NCBI GenBank assembly: GCA_038897215.1
Contig: JAWAWX010000001.1
Span: forward strand, 864,001-928,000
Length of the DNA: 64,000 bases
Direction: 5' to 3'
Source: Acidilobaceae archaeon
GTDB lineage: Archaea; Thermoproteota; Thermoprotei_A; Sulfolobales; Acidilobaceae
This document shows positions 10,133-21,375 of the stretch, piece by piece; within the stretch, counting starts at the first letter, position 1, and the number at the start of each line of letters is the position of its first letter. The notes under the pieces are model-generated. The model did not search any database. It was not told where the DNA came from and saw nothing but the letters and a program-made list of their open reading frames with translations. Made by a program: the position numbers and the translations under genes.

Positions 10133-11164
10133 ATGAGAGAAGAGCCTAGAGCAACATATCGAGCACTCCCGCCTGAAGCGGCTAAGAGCATAAACATCCC
10201 CTCGTACGAAGAGCTATTGAGAGAAGTGTCGTCGAGAATCCTCAAGACTAGAGATTGCTCTTCGAGACTCGAGACTGTATTCAATATGCTCTACTCGAGA
10301 ACAAGCGGAGTCGAGAGCCTGTATAGAGTCTACAAGACTATGCACTCATTCTACCTCGACTTACTGAGCACAGAGATAAGCCTCGAAGAGATAGAGAAGG
10401 CGTTCTCCTGCGTCTTCAAGGCTAGAAAACTCTCTAGGAGATTCTGGGATACGTACAGATACAGAGTCCTAGCCTCCTCGACTGCGAGAGAAGCCTGTCG
10501 AGAAGCCAGAGAAGGCGTTGGGAGAATGCTCTCGCTATTCAGGAGGTGTAGGAGAATGCTCCTCACTCTCAAGAACGCAGCTATCTACCTGAGCAAGCTG
10601 CCATCAGTAGACACGAGTGCACCCATAGTGATAATAGCGGGCGCTCCTAACGCGGGTAAATCGACTTTCGTGAGAGCAGTGTCTACGGGGAAGCCTGAGG
10701 TAGCAAGCTATCCCTTCACGACGAAGAACGTGACGCTAGGACATAGGGTAGTAGATGGGTTCAAGGTTCAGTTCATAGACACTCCAGGACTCCTAGATAG
10801 GCCTATCGAGGAGATGAATAAAATCGAGAGGAGAGCTGTAGCCGCTTTATCGAGGCTAACTGGGAGCGTGTTCTTTCTCTTCGACCCCAGCCCTGGAGCA
10901 TACTTGAGTCTAAGAGCTCAAAGAGACCTCTTCGTCAACGTGCTTAAGATGATTGAGAACAAGCCTGTCTTCATAGGGATAAACAAAGTCGATGAGGCGA
11001 CTCCAGCTCTTCTCGAGGAATCTAGGAGAATAGCGCTAGAGTTCGTTAAGTCCGGCGTGGCCATCAAGAGCTACGAGCTCTCCGCTATAGACAAGGAGGC
11101 AGCCGAGGCTGTAGCCGAAGACCTCTGTAGAGAGACTCTTAGACTCCTCGGCTTTCGACCCTGA
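10133..11164 (+). CDS. NOG1-family GTP-binding protein
   Basis: [30 protein letters not shown]. Confidence 0.92.
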   Translation: MREEPRATYRALPPEAAKSINIPSYEELLREVSSRILKTRDCSSRLETVFNMLYSRTSGVESLYRVYKTMHSFYLDLLSTEISLEEIEKAFSCVFKARKLSRRFWDTYRYRVLASSTAREACREAREGVGRMLSLFRRCRRMLLTLKNAAIYLSKLPSVDTSAPIVIIAGAPNAGKSTFVRAVSTGKPEVASYPFTTKNVTLGHRVVDGFKVQFIDTPGLLDRPIEEMNKIERRAVAALSRLTGSVFFLFDPSPGAYLSLRAQRDLFVNVLKMIENKPVFIGINKVDEATPALLEESRRIALEFVKSGVAIKSYELSAIDKEAAEAVAEDLCRETLRLLGFRP

Positions 11165-12203
11165 CCGTGAAGGGGCTACCGAGACCTCCCTCGATCACCT
11201 CGTATCTGTAGTTTTCGAGCATTAGCCTCAATAGCTCTAGTACTGTGTAGGCGTGCATAGTCAAGACTGCTCCTCTCACTACGCTAGCGCCCCCAGCTAG
11301 AGCTAGGTAGAGGGGGATCATGTCTGAAGCGTGCCTATCTAGAGCCGCTCCAGTACCTATGTCTTCTACTAGAGCTCTGGCCGCCTCCTCTCCCACAACC
11401 TCAGCCCTCTTTCCCGGAGCTCCGAGACTATCGGAGCCCATGACTGTCTCCTCGAAGAGAGCCCACGCTGTGACCCCGCTACCTGGGCCTAGATGGGGGT
11501 CTCTTGAGGGCTCGTAGCTCTCCACCTCTACTCTCGGCTTGACTCCGAGCGCTTTCTCGATGATGGAAGACGCGCTAGCCGCCTGTCTCTCGGCGACGTG
11601 AGCAGGTAGCTTGACCGCGTGGCTCCTCAGATAGACTCCTAGAAGCCTCCCTCTCTCGAGGAAGCTCCTGGACCTCAGCTTGGCTGGAGCTACGACCTCC
11701 AGCGTGACCACGCCTCCTCCTCTAGGATAGTGCCCTCTTCTCTCTACGGAGATAGCGATATCGGCACCGAGAGACTTCAGCAACCTCGACAAGACTTCTC
11801 TCATGTAGTCTATAGTCGGTGCTTTCGGGACATCAGTCCCACCTCTCACTCTGACTCTAGAGGGTCTCTCAGCGTAGAGGAGCACTGGGAGCAACGCTTG
11901 GAGGACTAGAGAGACGCTTCCAGCAGTGCCTATATCGAAGTCGAAATCCCCGCCTCTAACCTCACCGGGGTAGAACTCTATCACCGTGCTCCCTACTCTA
12001 TCGCCCTCTACTCTAGCGTTACAGAGTCTGGCTATCGCCTTGACCGCTGTCAAGTGTTGCGGGCGGAGCCCCGGGTTGTCTCTCTTGGCTCTTATATTGT
12101 ATATCCTGACGGGGGTCTTCGTGACAGCCGAGATAGCTAGAGCCGTCCTCAGTATCTGGCCGCCGCCCTCGCCCATGGAGCCGTCTATCTCAACGATTCT
12201 CAA
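11139..12203 (-). CDS. rtcA: RNA 3'-terminal phosphate cyclase
   Basis: [36 protein letters not shown] adenylation His. Confidence 0.96.
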   Translation of the reverse strand: MRIVEIDGSMGEGGGQILRTALAISAVTKTPVRIYNIRAKRDNPGLRPQHLTAVKAIARLCNARVEGDRVGSTVIEFYPGEVRGGDFDFDIGTAGSVSLVLQALLPVLLYAERPSRVRVRGGTDVPKAPTIDYMREVLSRLLKSLGADIAISVERRGHYPRGGGVVTLEVVAPAKLRSRSFLERGRLLGVYLRSHAVKLPAHVAERQAASASSIIEKALGVKPRVEVESYEPSRDPHLGPGSGVTAWALFEETVMGSDSLGAPGKRAEVVGEEAARALVEDIGTGAALDRHASDMIPLYLALAGGASVVRGAVLTMHAYTVLELLRLMLENYRYEVIEGGLGSPFTVRVESRGV

Positions 12204-12735
12204 TCCCGCTCAGCCTCCGCACTCTATCCGGGAAGCCTATCTCGAGAAGCTTCTCTCTTATAGACTCAGGGATGCACTCCATCCAGTTGCCTCCCTCTAG
12301 GATCTTCTCTCTTATCCTAGTCCCGTTACACTCCTCAGGCTTGTAGAATGGAGGCTTTATCGCAACTAACCCCATATCTTCGAAGAGCATTAAGACTAGC
12401 TCGTTGCCTGAGACAACGCCGTCAAAAGAGGGTAATAGCATCTTGAGGTACTGAACCCAGACTTTGTTCATAGCAATATCGGGGACTGGGACGATGTATA
12501 CTCTGGAGTAGTCATCCGGGCTCAGCTCTTTCGAGAGCGCTATCCTCAAGAGCTCTATCCTCTCGCCGGCAGTGAGAGGATTCTTCAGAGTGTAGGACTC
12601 TTGAGCTGAGCCAACGACCACGATGACCTCATCAGCTAGAGAGAGCGCGTGCTTAACCACCTCTAGATGGCCTCGATGAGGGGGCTGGAATCGCCCCGGT
12701 ACTAGTAGCCTCGAGTATCTCCTCTCTCGAGGCAA
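12190..12735 (-). CDS. nadM: Nicotinamide-nucleotide adenylyltransferase
   Basis: [18 protein letters not shown]. Confidence 0.95.
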   Translation of the reverse strand: MPRERRYSRLLVPGRFQPPHRGHLEVVKHALSLADEVIVVVGSAQESYTLKNPLTAGERIELLRIALSKELSPDDYSRVYIVPVPDIAMNKVWVQYLKMLLPSFDGVVSGNELVLMLFEDMGLVAIKPPFYKPEECNGTRIREKILEGGNWMECIPESIREKLLEIGFPDRVRRLSGIENR

Positions 12736-12810
12736 CCTCGCGCCCGAGCCTTCGTGGTGGTAGAGGGCTTCTTTTAAGCTCTAATAGCTGAGCTGAGTGG
12801 GGCTGAGGGG

Positions 12811-13389
12811 TTGAGGTCGGAGAGCATTACGCTAAGACTGGGCTTCCTCTTGATGCTACTAGCTCTGCTAGCTCTCCCAGTATATCTAGCTGTGAGAGCT
12901 TTCGAGGAGCTTCTCTCTCTTCTAGCGTTGACAACAATGATCGTGATGGCTCTACCTGGGCTGGGCTTGATAGCTATGAATTTACGGAGGCTAGAGCACA
13001 AGTCTAAGCTGTATCTGCTAGCGTGGCTCTGGGGGGTAGCTAGAGCCGTAGTAGCGGGGCTGGTAGCGGGGCTCGCTATTCTAGCTGTCTCAGTCGCTGG
13101 CGTCTTCGAGCTAAGCTATAGAGGAGTCTTGCTCGTAGCCTACGCTGTGTTCTACCTGTTTCTGCTACTCTCTATCCCCCGCTTGGTCAAGGTTTTCGCT
13201 AGAATCTCGAGAGTCTACGAGTCAAGGATGGCTTATCGAGCAGGCTGGGTCGCGATAGTAGTGATGGCTCTGATAGCGCTCTCGGCAGTGCCCGCTCTCG
13301 CTGGCTACGCTATAATGGCTTACCTCCTTCTAGCTCTAGCCTACGCTATCACAGTACTGCTCCTAGCCGCTCTCTCCTTCAAGCTCTGA
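12811..13389 (+). CDS. Integral membrane protein (DUF996/DUF973-like)
   Basis: About six hydrophobic helices; SD-like GAGGGG before TTG. Confidence 0.65.
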   Translation: MRSESITLRLGFLLMLLALLALPVYLAVRAFEELLSLLALTTMIVMALPGLGLIAMNLRRLEHKSKLYLLAWLWGVARAVVAGLVAGLAILAVSVAGVFELSYRGVLLVAYAVFYLFLLLSIPRLVKVFARISRVYESRMAYRAGWVAIVVMALIALSAVPALAGYAIMAYLLLALAYAITVLLLAALSFKL

Positions 13390-14743
13390 ACACTACAAGC
13401 TCTCCTCTACAGCCAGGATACCCGATGCACAATCTCCCCTCTAGGAGTAGTCTAGCCAAGTCTTCGGCCGCCTCGGGAGCCAGGATGCTCGCTATAGAGC
13501 GAGCCTCCGCTAGGTCTTGGAGTCCGCACGCTATGAATCCCGAGGATGTAGCCGAGCCTCTAGGAGCTAGTCTCTGAGCTCCCCAGGGGAGGTCGGAGAG
13601 CAGAATCACGAGGCTTCTAGCAAAGCGAGGAGCCTCGGAGACTATATCCTCTAGCCTCTCTCGCGGCACGAAACACTCGCTGGCATCTATCACGACCACC
13701 CTAGCCACGCCTCTCTCAGCGAGCTCTCTAGCTACGCTAAGAGCGTAGGCTACTCTAATCTCGACTGGATTCAGAGACCCCAAGTCTACGACTATGTCTC
13801 TCTCATCACGCCTCCTAGCCACAGCTTCTTCGAGAGCCTTCTCGATATCCGAGACCCTAGGTCCCTCTCTGCAGAGACTGAGGATTGCTCGAGAGCCGGG
13901 CATTACTCTCTCTAGCGCGACAGCTCTAGCCAGACTCCCGTAGCCCCAGAGAATCCACGGCTCTGAGAGCTTCAGAGTAGCTCTCGACCTCTCTGTGCAA
14001 GCCAGAACTCTCGATGCTCCGCTATGGTATGGTATTAGTCCTCTCGAAGTGCTGACTCTAGCCTCTATTGCGATAAGCTCTCCTACGAAGACCCCCTCGC
14101 AGGAGTCTACGCGTAGCGGTTTTAGAGAAAGCCGCGTGCTCGTGATAGCCAGCCCTAGCGGGCCTAGAGCAGAGACTACTCCTAGAGTCAGAGACTCCGC
14201 TAGAGAGCTAGAGGACGCTGAAGCGAGCAGAGCCGAAGCCGCTACTGCGAGAGAGTAGACAGCATCCTCCCAGGGCTCTAGACTCCACTCTAGGAGAGTC
14301 CGCGAGAGGTAGAATGTGAGAGCCGCCGAAGCCAGAGCTGTAGGCGACCACTTCGAGATATCGAGTGTCAGAGTGTCGAGAAGAGGCTCGTGAGAGAATC
14401 TCCTAAGCCTAGACACAGCCCAGAGCGTGCTCGCTGAGAGTAGAGCTAGGAGAGCGAAGACTGCTAGAGAGAGGTCCATCAAGACTAGAGAGAATACGAG
14501 GAAACTAGTCGAGGCTACAATGCTACCCGTTAGGAGAAGAAGAGCTAGAGAGGCAGCAAAGGCTAGAATGTAGCAGACGATAGGAGAAGCCTCTAGAGCA
14601 ATACCCGGAACTACTCTAACCCAAAGCTCGAGAGTAGAGAGAACAATGAGAGCTGAGGTAGCGGCGAGTAGCAGTATCAGCGATAAAGCTAGTCTAGGCG
14701 CGTGACTACACGGCTCTCGCAACAAGCCACGCCTACCACCCAT
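13379..14743 (-). CDS. Hypothetical multi-pass membrane protein with soluble C-terminal alpha/beta domain
   Basis: Long ORF with hydrophobic N-half and soluble C-half; ATG at 14743 preferred over 14827 to leave room for divergent promoters. Confidence 0.6.
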   Translation of the reverse strand: MGGRRGLLREPCSHAPRLALSLILLLAATSALIVLSTLELWVRVVPGIALEASPIVCYILAFAASLALLLLTGSIVASTSFLVFSLVLMDLSLAVFALLALLSASTLWAVSRLRRFSHEPLLDTLTLDISKWSPTALASAALTFYLSRTLLEWSLEPWEDAVYSLAVAASALLASASSSSLAESLTLGVVSALGPLGLAITSTRLSLKPLRVDSCEGVFVGELIAIEARVSTSRGLIPYHSGASRVLACTERSRATLKLSEPWILWGYGSLARAVALERVMPGSRAILSLCREGPRVSDIEKALEEAVARRRDERDIVVDLGSLNPVEIRVAYALSVARELAERGVARVVVIDASECFVPRERLEDIVSEAPRFARSLVILLSDLPWGAQRLAPRGSATSSGFIACGLQDLAEARSIASILAPEAAEDLARLLLEGRLCIGYPGCRGELVVFRA

Positions 14744-14843
14744 AGAGGCTATCCTAGAGCACAAAAAAGATAGCAGTATACTTAAGGCGCTAGAACAGCT
14801 TCTAGAACCGCCGCGGGGTAGAACCACAGGGGAATCGAAGTCT

Positions 14844-17720
14844 ATGGCTGAGAGTAGCGCTCTAAGCTTGCTACATCCGAGAGTCAGAGAAGCGCTGAGA
14901 AAAGCCGGCTACGAGCGGCTCCTGCCAGTGCAGGAGAAGGCTCTACCTGTGGTGCTGAGAGGCTCGCATACTCTAATCGTGGCTCCTACTGGTAGCGGGA
15001 AGACGGAAGCCGCGTTACTACCAATCCTTTCACTAATGCTTTCAGAGGAGCCGGAGAGTAGGGGTCTGAGACTCGTCTACGTGACTCCTCTGAGAGCACT
15101 AAATAGAGACGTCGCGCTGAGGATAGAGAAGCTCGCATCGCTCTGCGGCTTTAGCGTACTGGTTAGACACGGAGACACAGGGCAAGCCGATAGGAGGAGA
15201 TTCCTGAGAGAGCCGCCAGACATAATGGTGACTACTCCCGAGACTCTGACTCTACTACTGACTCTCAGAGAGCACAGAGACCTTTGGTCTAGAGTCGGTT
15301 GGGTGATAGTGGATGAAGTGCACGAGCTCCTAGAGAGTGAGAGAGGAGCAGAGCTCTCTATAACGCTAGAGAGGCTGTCTCTCGCGTCGAGAAGAAGGAT
15401 TCAGAGAGTAGGGCTCTCGGCAACTCTCTCAAAGCATAGCATAGAGAGAGCCAAAGAGCTTCTAGCTGGGAGGAGGAGGGTAGAAGTCGTTGAAGACCAC
15501 TCAGCTAAAGAGTACAGGATAGAAGTGATTCCAGTTAACGCTACCGAAGACAAATATGTGCAGGAAGCGGTGGGCAAGATAGCTGAACTCTCTTCTAGAG
15601 CAAGGTCTACTCTAGTCTTCGTCAATACCAGGCACGCTGCAGAACTCCTAGGGGCTCTCCTATCGAGAGTCGCGGAAGCCGGGAAAACAGCCGTACACCA
15701 CGGGAGTCTCTCGAGAGAAGTTAGAGAAAGCGCTGAGAGAAGATTTAGAGAAGGCATAGTGAAGGTTTTAGTAGCTACATCGAGCATGGAGTTAGGCATA
15801 GACATAGGCTCTATAGACCAGGTAGTTCAGTTCATGTCTCCTAGACAGGTTCTAGCAATGACTCAGAGAGCTGGCAGAGCTGGGCATAGATACGGAGACG
15901 TGAGCATAGCTTACATCATAACCCCTAATAACGTCTACGAGATGCTAGAGTCAGCAGTCATAGCCTGGAGGACGGAGAGAGGGCTCATAGAGGACGTGAA
16001 GCCTCATAGAGAAAGCTTGGATGCTCTAGCTCACCAAATCGTAGCCATGGTATCCGAGGGCTCTGCCAGTAGCGTAGACGAGATTCTCAGCATAGCCTCC
16101 AGGTCGGGTCTATACTCAGACCTCTCTAGAGAGACTGTTGAAGAGATAGTATCCTTCCTGGAAGAGCGGAGGATCCTCAGAGTCAACGAGAAGAGAGGCA
16201 TAGGCTTAGGCTCGAGAGCCTTCAAGTATCTCTACGAAGTCTCAATGATACCCGATGAAGTGGACTACGAGGTCTACGATATAGTGAGCGGTATTAAAAT
16301 CGGGTCTCTCAGCGAGCGCTTCATCACGGATAAGACGAGCAGCCCGTCTCCACGAGACTCTGGGAACAGATTCAGATTCGTGCTCTCTGGGAGGATGTGG
16401 GAGTGTCTGGAGATAGACACAGAAGCTAAGAGAGTCCTAGCCAAGCCTGTAGCTGAGGTCGAAGGCTATCTGCCAAGCTGGGAGGGTGAACTGATACCCG
16501 TCGACTTCAAGGTAGCTAGAGAAGTCTGCTCTATTCTAGCTCTAGCAATGGAGAGCCCAGAGAGAGCTAAGAGCCTTCCGGCTATGAGGAAGCTTGGAGA
16601 GAGAGCAGACGACGTGGTGAAAGTTGCTACAGAGACTGCTAAAATGTGGGGAGCTGTGCTCAGCTTCAAGAACCCAGTGATTGAGGCGCTAGAGAGAACG
16701 AGTATTCTCTACTCCTGCCTAGGCTCAAAGGGGAACTTCGGGTTAGCGCTCCTCATCTCGGAGATAGCGTCGAAGTGGATAGGGCTAGAGTTCAAGCACA
16801 TACCGTACGCTATAGTGTTCTCTGGCTTATCGCTACACACGTATAGCATAATAGCTAGAGCTCTCTTAGAAGCTAAGAGGTTAAACCGTGCTGATAGGCT
16901 TGCACTAATACAGTCTTCTCTTAGGAGGAGTAGAGCGTTCATCATCAGATTCTACCACGTAGCTAAGAGGATGGGGGTCCTAGACCCAGATGCTAGAGTA
17001 AGCGTGGCTCTTCTCGAGAAGATAGCCAGAGAGAATGCTGGAAGCGTAGCTGAGAGAGAAGCCATAAGAGAAGTCCTAGTAGACAAGGTGGACCTCGAGG
17101 CCGTGAACGAGTTCCTAGACGACCTCGAAGCTCCCGTGGTGGTGAAGCCTCCGAAGCCGAGCCCTCTAGCTGAGCAGGTAATGAGCAACCCGTATATTAG
17201 GAGCGACGTGGCGGTCAGCATAAAGACTATAGCCATGGATAAGCTCATAGAGGCGAAGAAGAGACACCTCAAGAGCAAGAAGGTAGTGATGCTGTGCATC
17301 AGCTGCCTCTACTGGGAGGAGCTCCACGTAGCTTCAATCGAGAGAAGCTATAGATGCCCTAGATGCGGGAGCCTCAGCATAGCCCCCCTCCCCACGACAG
17401 AGTGGGGAGCTAGCGCTAGAGAAGCGTTCACGCGCCTCACTCGAGGAGAGAAGCTGGGAGCAGAGGAGAAGGAGTTAGCGGAGGAGGTGAAGAAGAGAGC
17501 AGAGCTCTACCTCAACTACGCTGGGCAAGACCTGGGAGACTACGTGGTCATGGCTTTAGCAACTCATGGCGTGGGACCGGCTAGAGCTAAGAGAGTCATG
17601 GCTGCACTCATCGAGAGAGGAGAGAGAGGCTTCTTCGAGGAGCTCCTGAAAGCTGAGGAGGAATACATCACGACCAGGAGGTACTGGAGCGATAGGAGGG
17701 GAGAGGATAAAGGAGGCTAG
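14844..17720 (+). CDS. lhr: Lhr-family SF2 DEAH-box helicase with C-terminal Zn finger
   Basis: APTGSGKT, TPLRALNRD, DEVH, SAT, HHGSLS, ELGIDIG, QRAGRAGH, PSWEGE, CISC/CPRC. Confidence 0.94.
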   Translation: MAESSALSLLHPRVREALRKAGYERLLPVQEKALPVVLRGSHTLIVAPTGSGKTEAALLPILSLMLSEEPESRGLRLVYVTPLRALNRDVALRIEKLASLCGFSVLVRHGDTGQADRRRFLREPPDIMVTTPETLTLLLTLREHRDLWSRVGWVIVDEVHELLESERGAELSITLERLSLASRRRIQRVGLSATLSKHSIERAKELLAGRRRVEVVEDHSAKEYRIEVIPVNATEDKYVQEAVGKIAELSSRARSTLVFVNTRHAAELLGALLSRVAEAGKTAVHHGSLSREVRESAERRFREGIVKVLVATSSMELGIDIGSIDQVVQFMSPRQVLAMTQRAGRAGHRYGDVSIAYIITPNNVYEMLESAVIAWRTERGLIEDVKPHRESLDALAHQIVAMVSEGSASSVDEILSIASRSGLYSDLSRETVEEIVSFLEERRILRVNEKRGIGLGSRAFKYLYEVSMIPDEVDYEVYDIVSGIKIGSLSERFITDKTSSPSPRDSGNRFRFVLSGRMWECLEIDTEAKRVLAKPVAEVEGYLPSWEGELIPVDFKVAREVCSILALAMESPERAKSLPAMRKLGERADDVVKVATETAKMWGAVLSFKNPVIEALERTSILYSCLGSKGNFGLALLISEIASKWIGLEFKHIPYAIVFSGLSLHTYSIIARALLEAKRLNRADRLALIQSSLRRSRAFIIRFYHVAKRMGVLDPDARVSVALLEKIARENAGSVAEREAIREVLVDKVDLEAVNEFLDDLEAPVVVKPPKPSPLAEQVMSNPYIRSDVAVSIKTIAMDKLIEAKKRHLKSKKVVMLCISCLYWEELHVASIERSYRCPRCGSLSIAPLPTTEWGASAREAFTRLTRGEKLGAEEKELAEEVKKRAELYLNYAGQDLGDYVVMALATHGVGPARAKRVMAALIERGERGFFEELLKAEEEYITTRRYWSDRRGEDKGG

Positions 17721-18448
17721 CTTTGAGACTCCTGCTCTCTAGGCTTCTCCTCCGGCTTCTTGTAGTAGGCTTCGATCACGATCTCGAGCTTCTCGGGGTC
17801 TAGAGAGTCCTTCACGTAAGTTATGAGAAGCCTCAGTCTAGCATCGAGGTCGCTCATATTGAGAACTACTAGGGGGAGCTTAACTCTAACTACTCCGCCT
17901 TCGACCTCGGCCTTGACCACGTCGTCTCTCAGCCCTAGAGCTCTCGCAACCAGCAGTCTAGCCTTCTCCACGGGGTCCTCGACTACCTTCTTCAGCTCGA
18001 GAACTATCTTGAGAGTCTTCCCGGCTAGCGGATGGTTTAAGTCTATGTAGGCGAATCTCTCAGTAACTCTAGCTATGACCCCCCTCCTCCCCGCTATCTC
18101 GACCTCCGCGCCCACTCTAGCAGGGACTCCTGCTCTCTCGAGTTGCTTGATGGGGACCCTTACTATCAAGTCTTCTCTCCTCTCTCCATAGGCTCTATTG
18201 GGGGGGACTATTACCTCCTTGACCTCTCCAGGCGACATTACCGCTAGAGCTTCCTCGACAGCTTCTAGTAGTCCTCCTCGGCCATATACTACAGCTAAAT
18301 CGCCATAGCTCTTGGAGGGGTCGTAGATGCCAGCTTTTTTAGCTACATCCTCATAAGTAGTCTCAACTACTCTCTCCCCCTTCTCGTCTATAGCATAGAT
18401 AGTGTAGCCTATGAGCACGACGTCGCCCGCTTTCAAAGCCGGCACCAC
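17717..18448 (-). CDS. slyD: Long-type archaeal FKBP peptidyl-prolyl isomerase
   Basis: PNRAYGER, DLNHPLAGKTL. Confidence 0.92.
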   Translation of the reverse strand: MVPALKAGDVVLIGYTIYAIDEKGERVVETTYEDVAKKAGIYDPSKSYGDLAVVYGRGGLLEAVEEALAVMSPGEVKEVIVPPNRAYGERREDLIVRVPIKQLERAGVPARVGAEVEIAGRRGVIARVTERFAYIDLNHPLAGKTLKIVLELKKVVEDPVEKARLLVARALGLRDDVVKAEVEGGVVRVKLPLVVLNMSDLDARLRLLITYVKDSLDPEKLEIVIEAYYKKPEEKPREQESQS

Positions 18449-18556
18449 AGCAAGCGATTCCCAGCCCAGAGCCTATGAATTCTCCGGAGATGCTCTAAGC
18501 TAGCGCCAACGCTATAGGCTGAGCCACTCTGCTGAAGCTACCTGGGAGTCTCGCTG

Positions 18557-19006
18557 TTGAAAGTTTTGGACTCCAGGTGGCTGGTCTTCAGAGCCGAAGG
18601 GCACCCCAACGTGAGCGCTAGACACGAGACCACCATAGAGGTGACTAGAGAAGACTATCTGACTCCCAGAGGAGACTGCATTATAGGAGTCAAGTCTGAG
18701 CTCTCGGCGAGAGACTTGCCGGAGTGGTTTAAGGAAGAGGCTAGAAGAGGCTCTCTGATAGTAGCGGTCTTCTGCGCTGAGAGCGTGTGTGATAGCGTGG
18801 TAGGGCGCGGCTCGCCAGAGATGAGCTTCGCTGACGATAAGAGGATTGTGCTCAGAAGATCGGCCTACGTTGGCCCCGAGACGGTCATGATTAAAGCATC
18901 GCGTGCTGCAGCACACTTGAGTAGAGAGCTCGTAGCCCGCCTCTCTAGAGGAGCAGAGCTAGAAGTGTTCCTAGCAGCTATCCCAGTAAAACGTAATAGC
19001 GATTAG
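18557..19006 (+). CDS. DUF371 family protein
   Basis: GHPNVSARHETTIEVTREDYLTPRGDCIIGV. Confidence 0.9.
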   Translation: MKVLDSRWLVFRAEGHPNVSARHETTIEVTREDYLTPRGDCIIGVKSELSARDLPEWFKEEARRGSLIVAVFCAESVCDSVVGRGSPEMSFADDKRIVLRRSAYVGPETVMIKASRAAAHLSRELVARLSRGAELEVFLAAIPVKRNSD

Positions 19007-19035
19007 TTCTACCTCCTCGATCTCAGGGGAGGCGC

Positions 19036-19866
19036 TTGGAGGTAGGAGTTGTAGTAAAGCGCGGAAGCCTCCTAGCGCTAGAGCTCGCTGAGAAAGCAGT
19101 CGAGGTCCTCAAGAGTCACGGAGTGAGAGTGCTTGTCGAAGAGAAGAGCGTCTTCGGGCCTCTCAGCTCTCTACCTAGATTCAGTCTAGTGGAGGAGAAG
19201 CCAGAGTACATAGTAGCCATAGGAGGAGACGGGACTCTACTGAGGACTGCTCTCCACATAAGAGAAGAGTCGGCAATACTCGGGATAAAGGCCGGCAAGA
19301 GAGGCTTCCTCATGGAGATTGATAGATTCGAGGTAGAAGAGAGGCTTAAAGACTTCGCTGAAGGCAGGTTCAAGATAGTCGAGTACTCTAGACTAGACGT
19401 ATCGCTTAACGGCGAGAGGTTCGCGTGTATTCTCAACGACGCTGCAGTCTTATCAACCATGGCTAAGATCGTGAGACTCAACACTCTCATAGATGGAGAG
19501 GTCGCGATGAGGCTAGACGGGGATGGAGTGATAGTGGCTACGAGTGTTGGGAGCACTGCTCACAGTCTGAGTGCTGGAGGGCCTATTGTCGACCCTAGAC
19601 TCGATGTGGTTATAGTTGTTCCCGTAAACCCGATCCAGCTCTACCTCAGACCCATAGTGGTGCCATACGGCTCCCAGATAGACATCCATGTGAGCGAGCA
19701 GAGCAACGAGGCGGTACTCAGTCTAGACGGCCAGATCCAAAACGTTGTAAGACCGGGCTCTATAATAACCGTGTTGCCGTGTAAGTGGAAGCTTAGAGTA
19801 GTTAAGCTGAAGGGGCTCGAGGGGTTCTATGAGCGTGTCTACTCGAGAATACTCATGTATTGGTAG
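19036..19866 (+). CDS. nadK: NAD kinase
   Basis: GGDGTLL, GFL, LND, DGVIVATSVGSTAHSLSAGGP. Confidence 0.95.
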   Translation: MEVGVVVKRGSLLALELAEKAVEVLKSHGVRVLVEEKSVFGPLSSLPRFSLVEEKPEYIVAIGGDGTLLRTALHIREESAILGIKAGKRGFLMEIDRFEVEERLKDFAEGRFKIVEYSRLDVSLNGERFACILNDAAVLSTMAKIVRLNTLIDGEVAMRLDGDGVIVATSVGSTAHSLSAGGPIVDPRLDVVIVVPVNPIQLYLRPIVVPYGSQIDIHVSEQSNEAVLSLDGQIQNVVRPGSIITVLPCKWKLRVVKLKGLEGFYERVYSRILMYW

Positions 19867-20266
19867 AGCCATAGTGCTCGATACGGGAGCTCTGCTAGCA
19901 GGGATTCATCTAAGCTCGCCATGCAAGACCTACACTACCAGCCTGGTTTTGAGAGAAGTTAGAGATGAGGAGAGCCGAGCGGCTCTAGAGAGAGCCCTAG
20001 AGTCCGGGAAGCTCGAGGTTCTCGACCCGCCGCCAGGCGTGGTAGAGTCTCCGACTAGCAGGAGGCTCAGTGAGGCAGACGTCTCGATCCTAGCTCTAGC
20101 TCTCTACTTCAAGAGACTAGGGCTAGAGCCTCTAGTCTTCACAGACGATTATGCTCTCCAAGAAGAGCTCGCTTCGAGAAACGTGAGCTTCAGACCAGTG
20201 AGATACAAGGGCTCGAGAGCCTACAGGAGAGCAACGAGGGGAGAGAGCAGTGTCTATGAGGCTTAA
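19829..20266 (+). CDS. nob1: Nob1-like PIN-domain nuclease without Zn ribbon
   Basis: IVLDTGA, EVRD, LSEAD, TDDYALQ. Confidence 0.8.
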   Translation: MSVSTREYSCIGRAIVLDTGALLAGIHLSSPCKTYTTSLVLREVRDEESRAALERALESGKLEVLDPPPGVVESPTSRRLSEADVSILALALYFKRLGLEPLVFTDDYALQEELASRNVSFRPVRYKGSRAYRRATRGESSVYEA

Positions 20267-21299
20267 GGTAGTCTATGACGACATACATACACTCCATAGA
20301 GACGAGTGGGGGTTTCACGTCGAGAAGCCTGAGAGACTCGTTGCCCCCAAAGCTGTCCTCGAGGAGCCTCTCTTCGCCGAGATCGTAGAGTGGAGGAGAG
20401 CGCCGAGACCAGACGAGAGCTCTCTCTCTAAAGTCCACTCTAGAGACTACGTGGATTTCATTAGAGAAGAGTCGAGAAAAGGGTTCCACTACGTGGACCC
20501 AGACACCTATGTGACTAAGTACACCTACGAGGTGGCTCTCTCATTCTCTACAGCTGCTAGAGAGGCTGCTCTCGACTCTCTGGAGACCGGAGACCCCTGG
20601 CTTATCCTCCCGAGGCCTCCAGGCCACCATAGCGGGAGGAGGGGTTGGGCTATGGGCGCTCCCACCTTGGGCTTCTGTATATTCAATCACTCAGCTGTAG
20701 CCACTCAAGCTCTCCTAGAGAGAGGCTTTAGCGTCATGGTGATCGATTTCGATGCACACCACGGAAACGGGACTCAAGACATACTATGGAATGAGCCTAG
20801 AGCTCTCCACATAGACGTACACCAGAGAGGCATCTATCCGGGGACGGGCTGGGTCACGGATAAAGGCGGAGGAGAGGCGGAGGGCACCAAGATAAACATA
20901 CCTCTAGCCCCCGGGAGCGGGGATAGAGAGATAGCGTGGGTAGCTGAGAAGGTCGTGAAGCCCGTCTCAGAGGCATTCAAGCCAGATGCCGTCATCGTCT
21001 CAGCCGGCTTCGACGGACACTACAGCGACCCTCTCACATCGCTCACGATAACGGAGGCAGGCTACAAGATCCTGGGGCGTTTAGTCAGAGAAGTCTGGAT
21101 GGCGTCAAGGCGGAGAGCTCTAGTTATAGTCCTTGAGGGAGGGTATGCTCAAGGGTTAAGCAAAGGGTTCAGGAGCTTTCTCGAAGGGCTTCTGGGAGTA
21201 GGAGAGGAGCAGAAGATAGAGCCCCGTATGGAGGAGAGCGTTTCGGAGCTCTTAACTAGAGAAGTTCTAGGTAAGTACTGGGGGCTCAGAGTAGCCTGA
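20250..21299 (+). CDS. Histone deacetylase family (class I/II) amidohydrolase
   Basis: HVEKPERL, RPPGHH, GFCIFN, DFDAHHGNGTQ, SAGFD, LEGGY. Confidence 0.94.
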   Translation: MSMRLKVVYDDIHTLHRDEWGFHVEKPERLVAPKAVLEEPLFAEIVEWRRAPRPDESSLSKVHSRDYVDFIREESRKGFHYVDPDTYVTKYTYEVALSFSTAAREAALDSLETGDPWLILPRPPGHHSGRRGWAMGAPTLGFCIFNHSAVATQALLERGFSVMVIDFDAHHGNGTQDILWNEPRALHIDVHQRGIYPGTGWVTDKGGGEAEGTKINIPLAPGSGDREIAWVAEKVVKPVSEAFKPDAVIVSAGFDGHYSDPLTSLTITEAGYKILGRLVREVWMASRRRALVIVLEGGYAQGLSKGFRSFLEGLLGVGEEQKIEPRMEESVSELLTREVLGKYWGLRVA

Positions 21300-21375
21300 C
21301 AATAGCCTTGCTAGTCTAGAGAGCTCTCCCAGACTCCTCCCGCTGAGAACCTCGCTCTATAGGGCTCTCGCGGGT

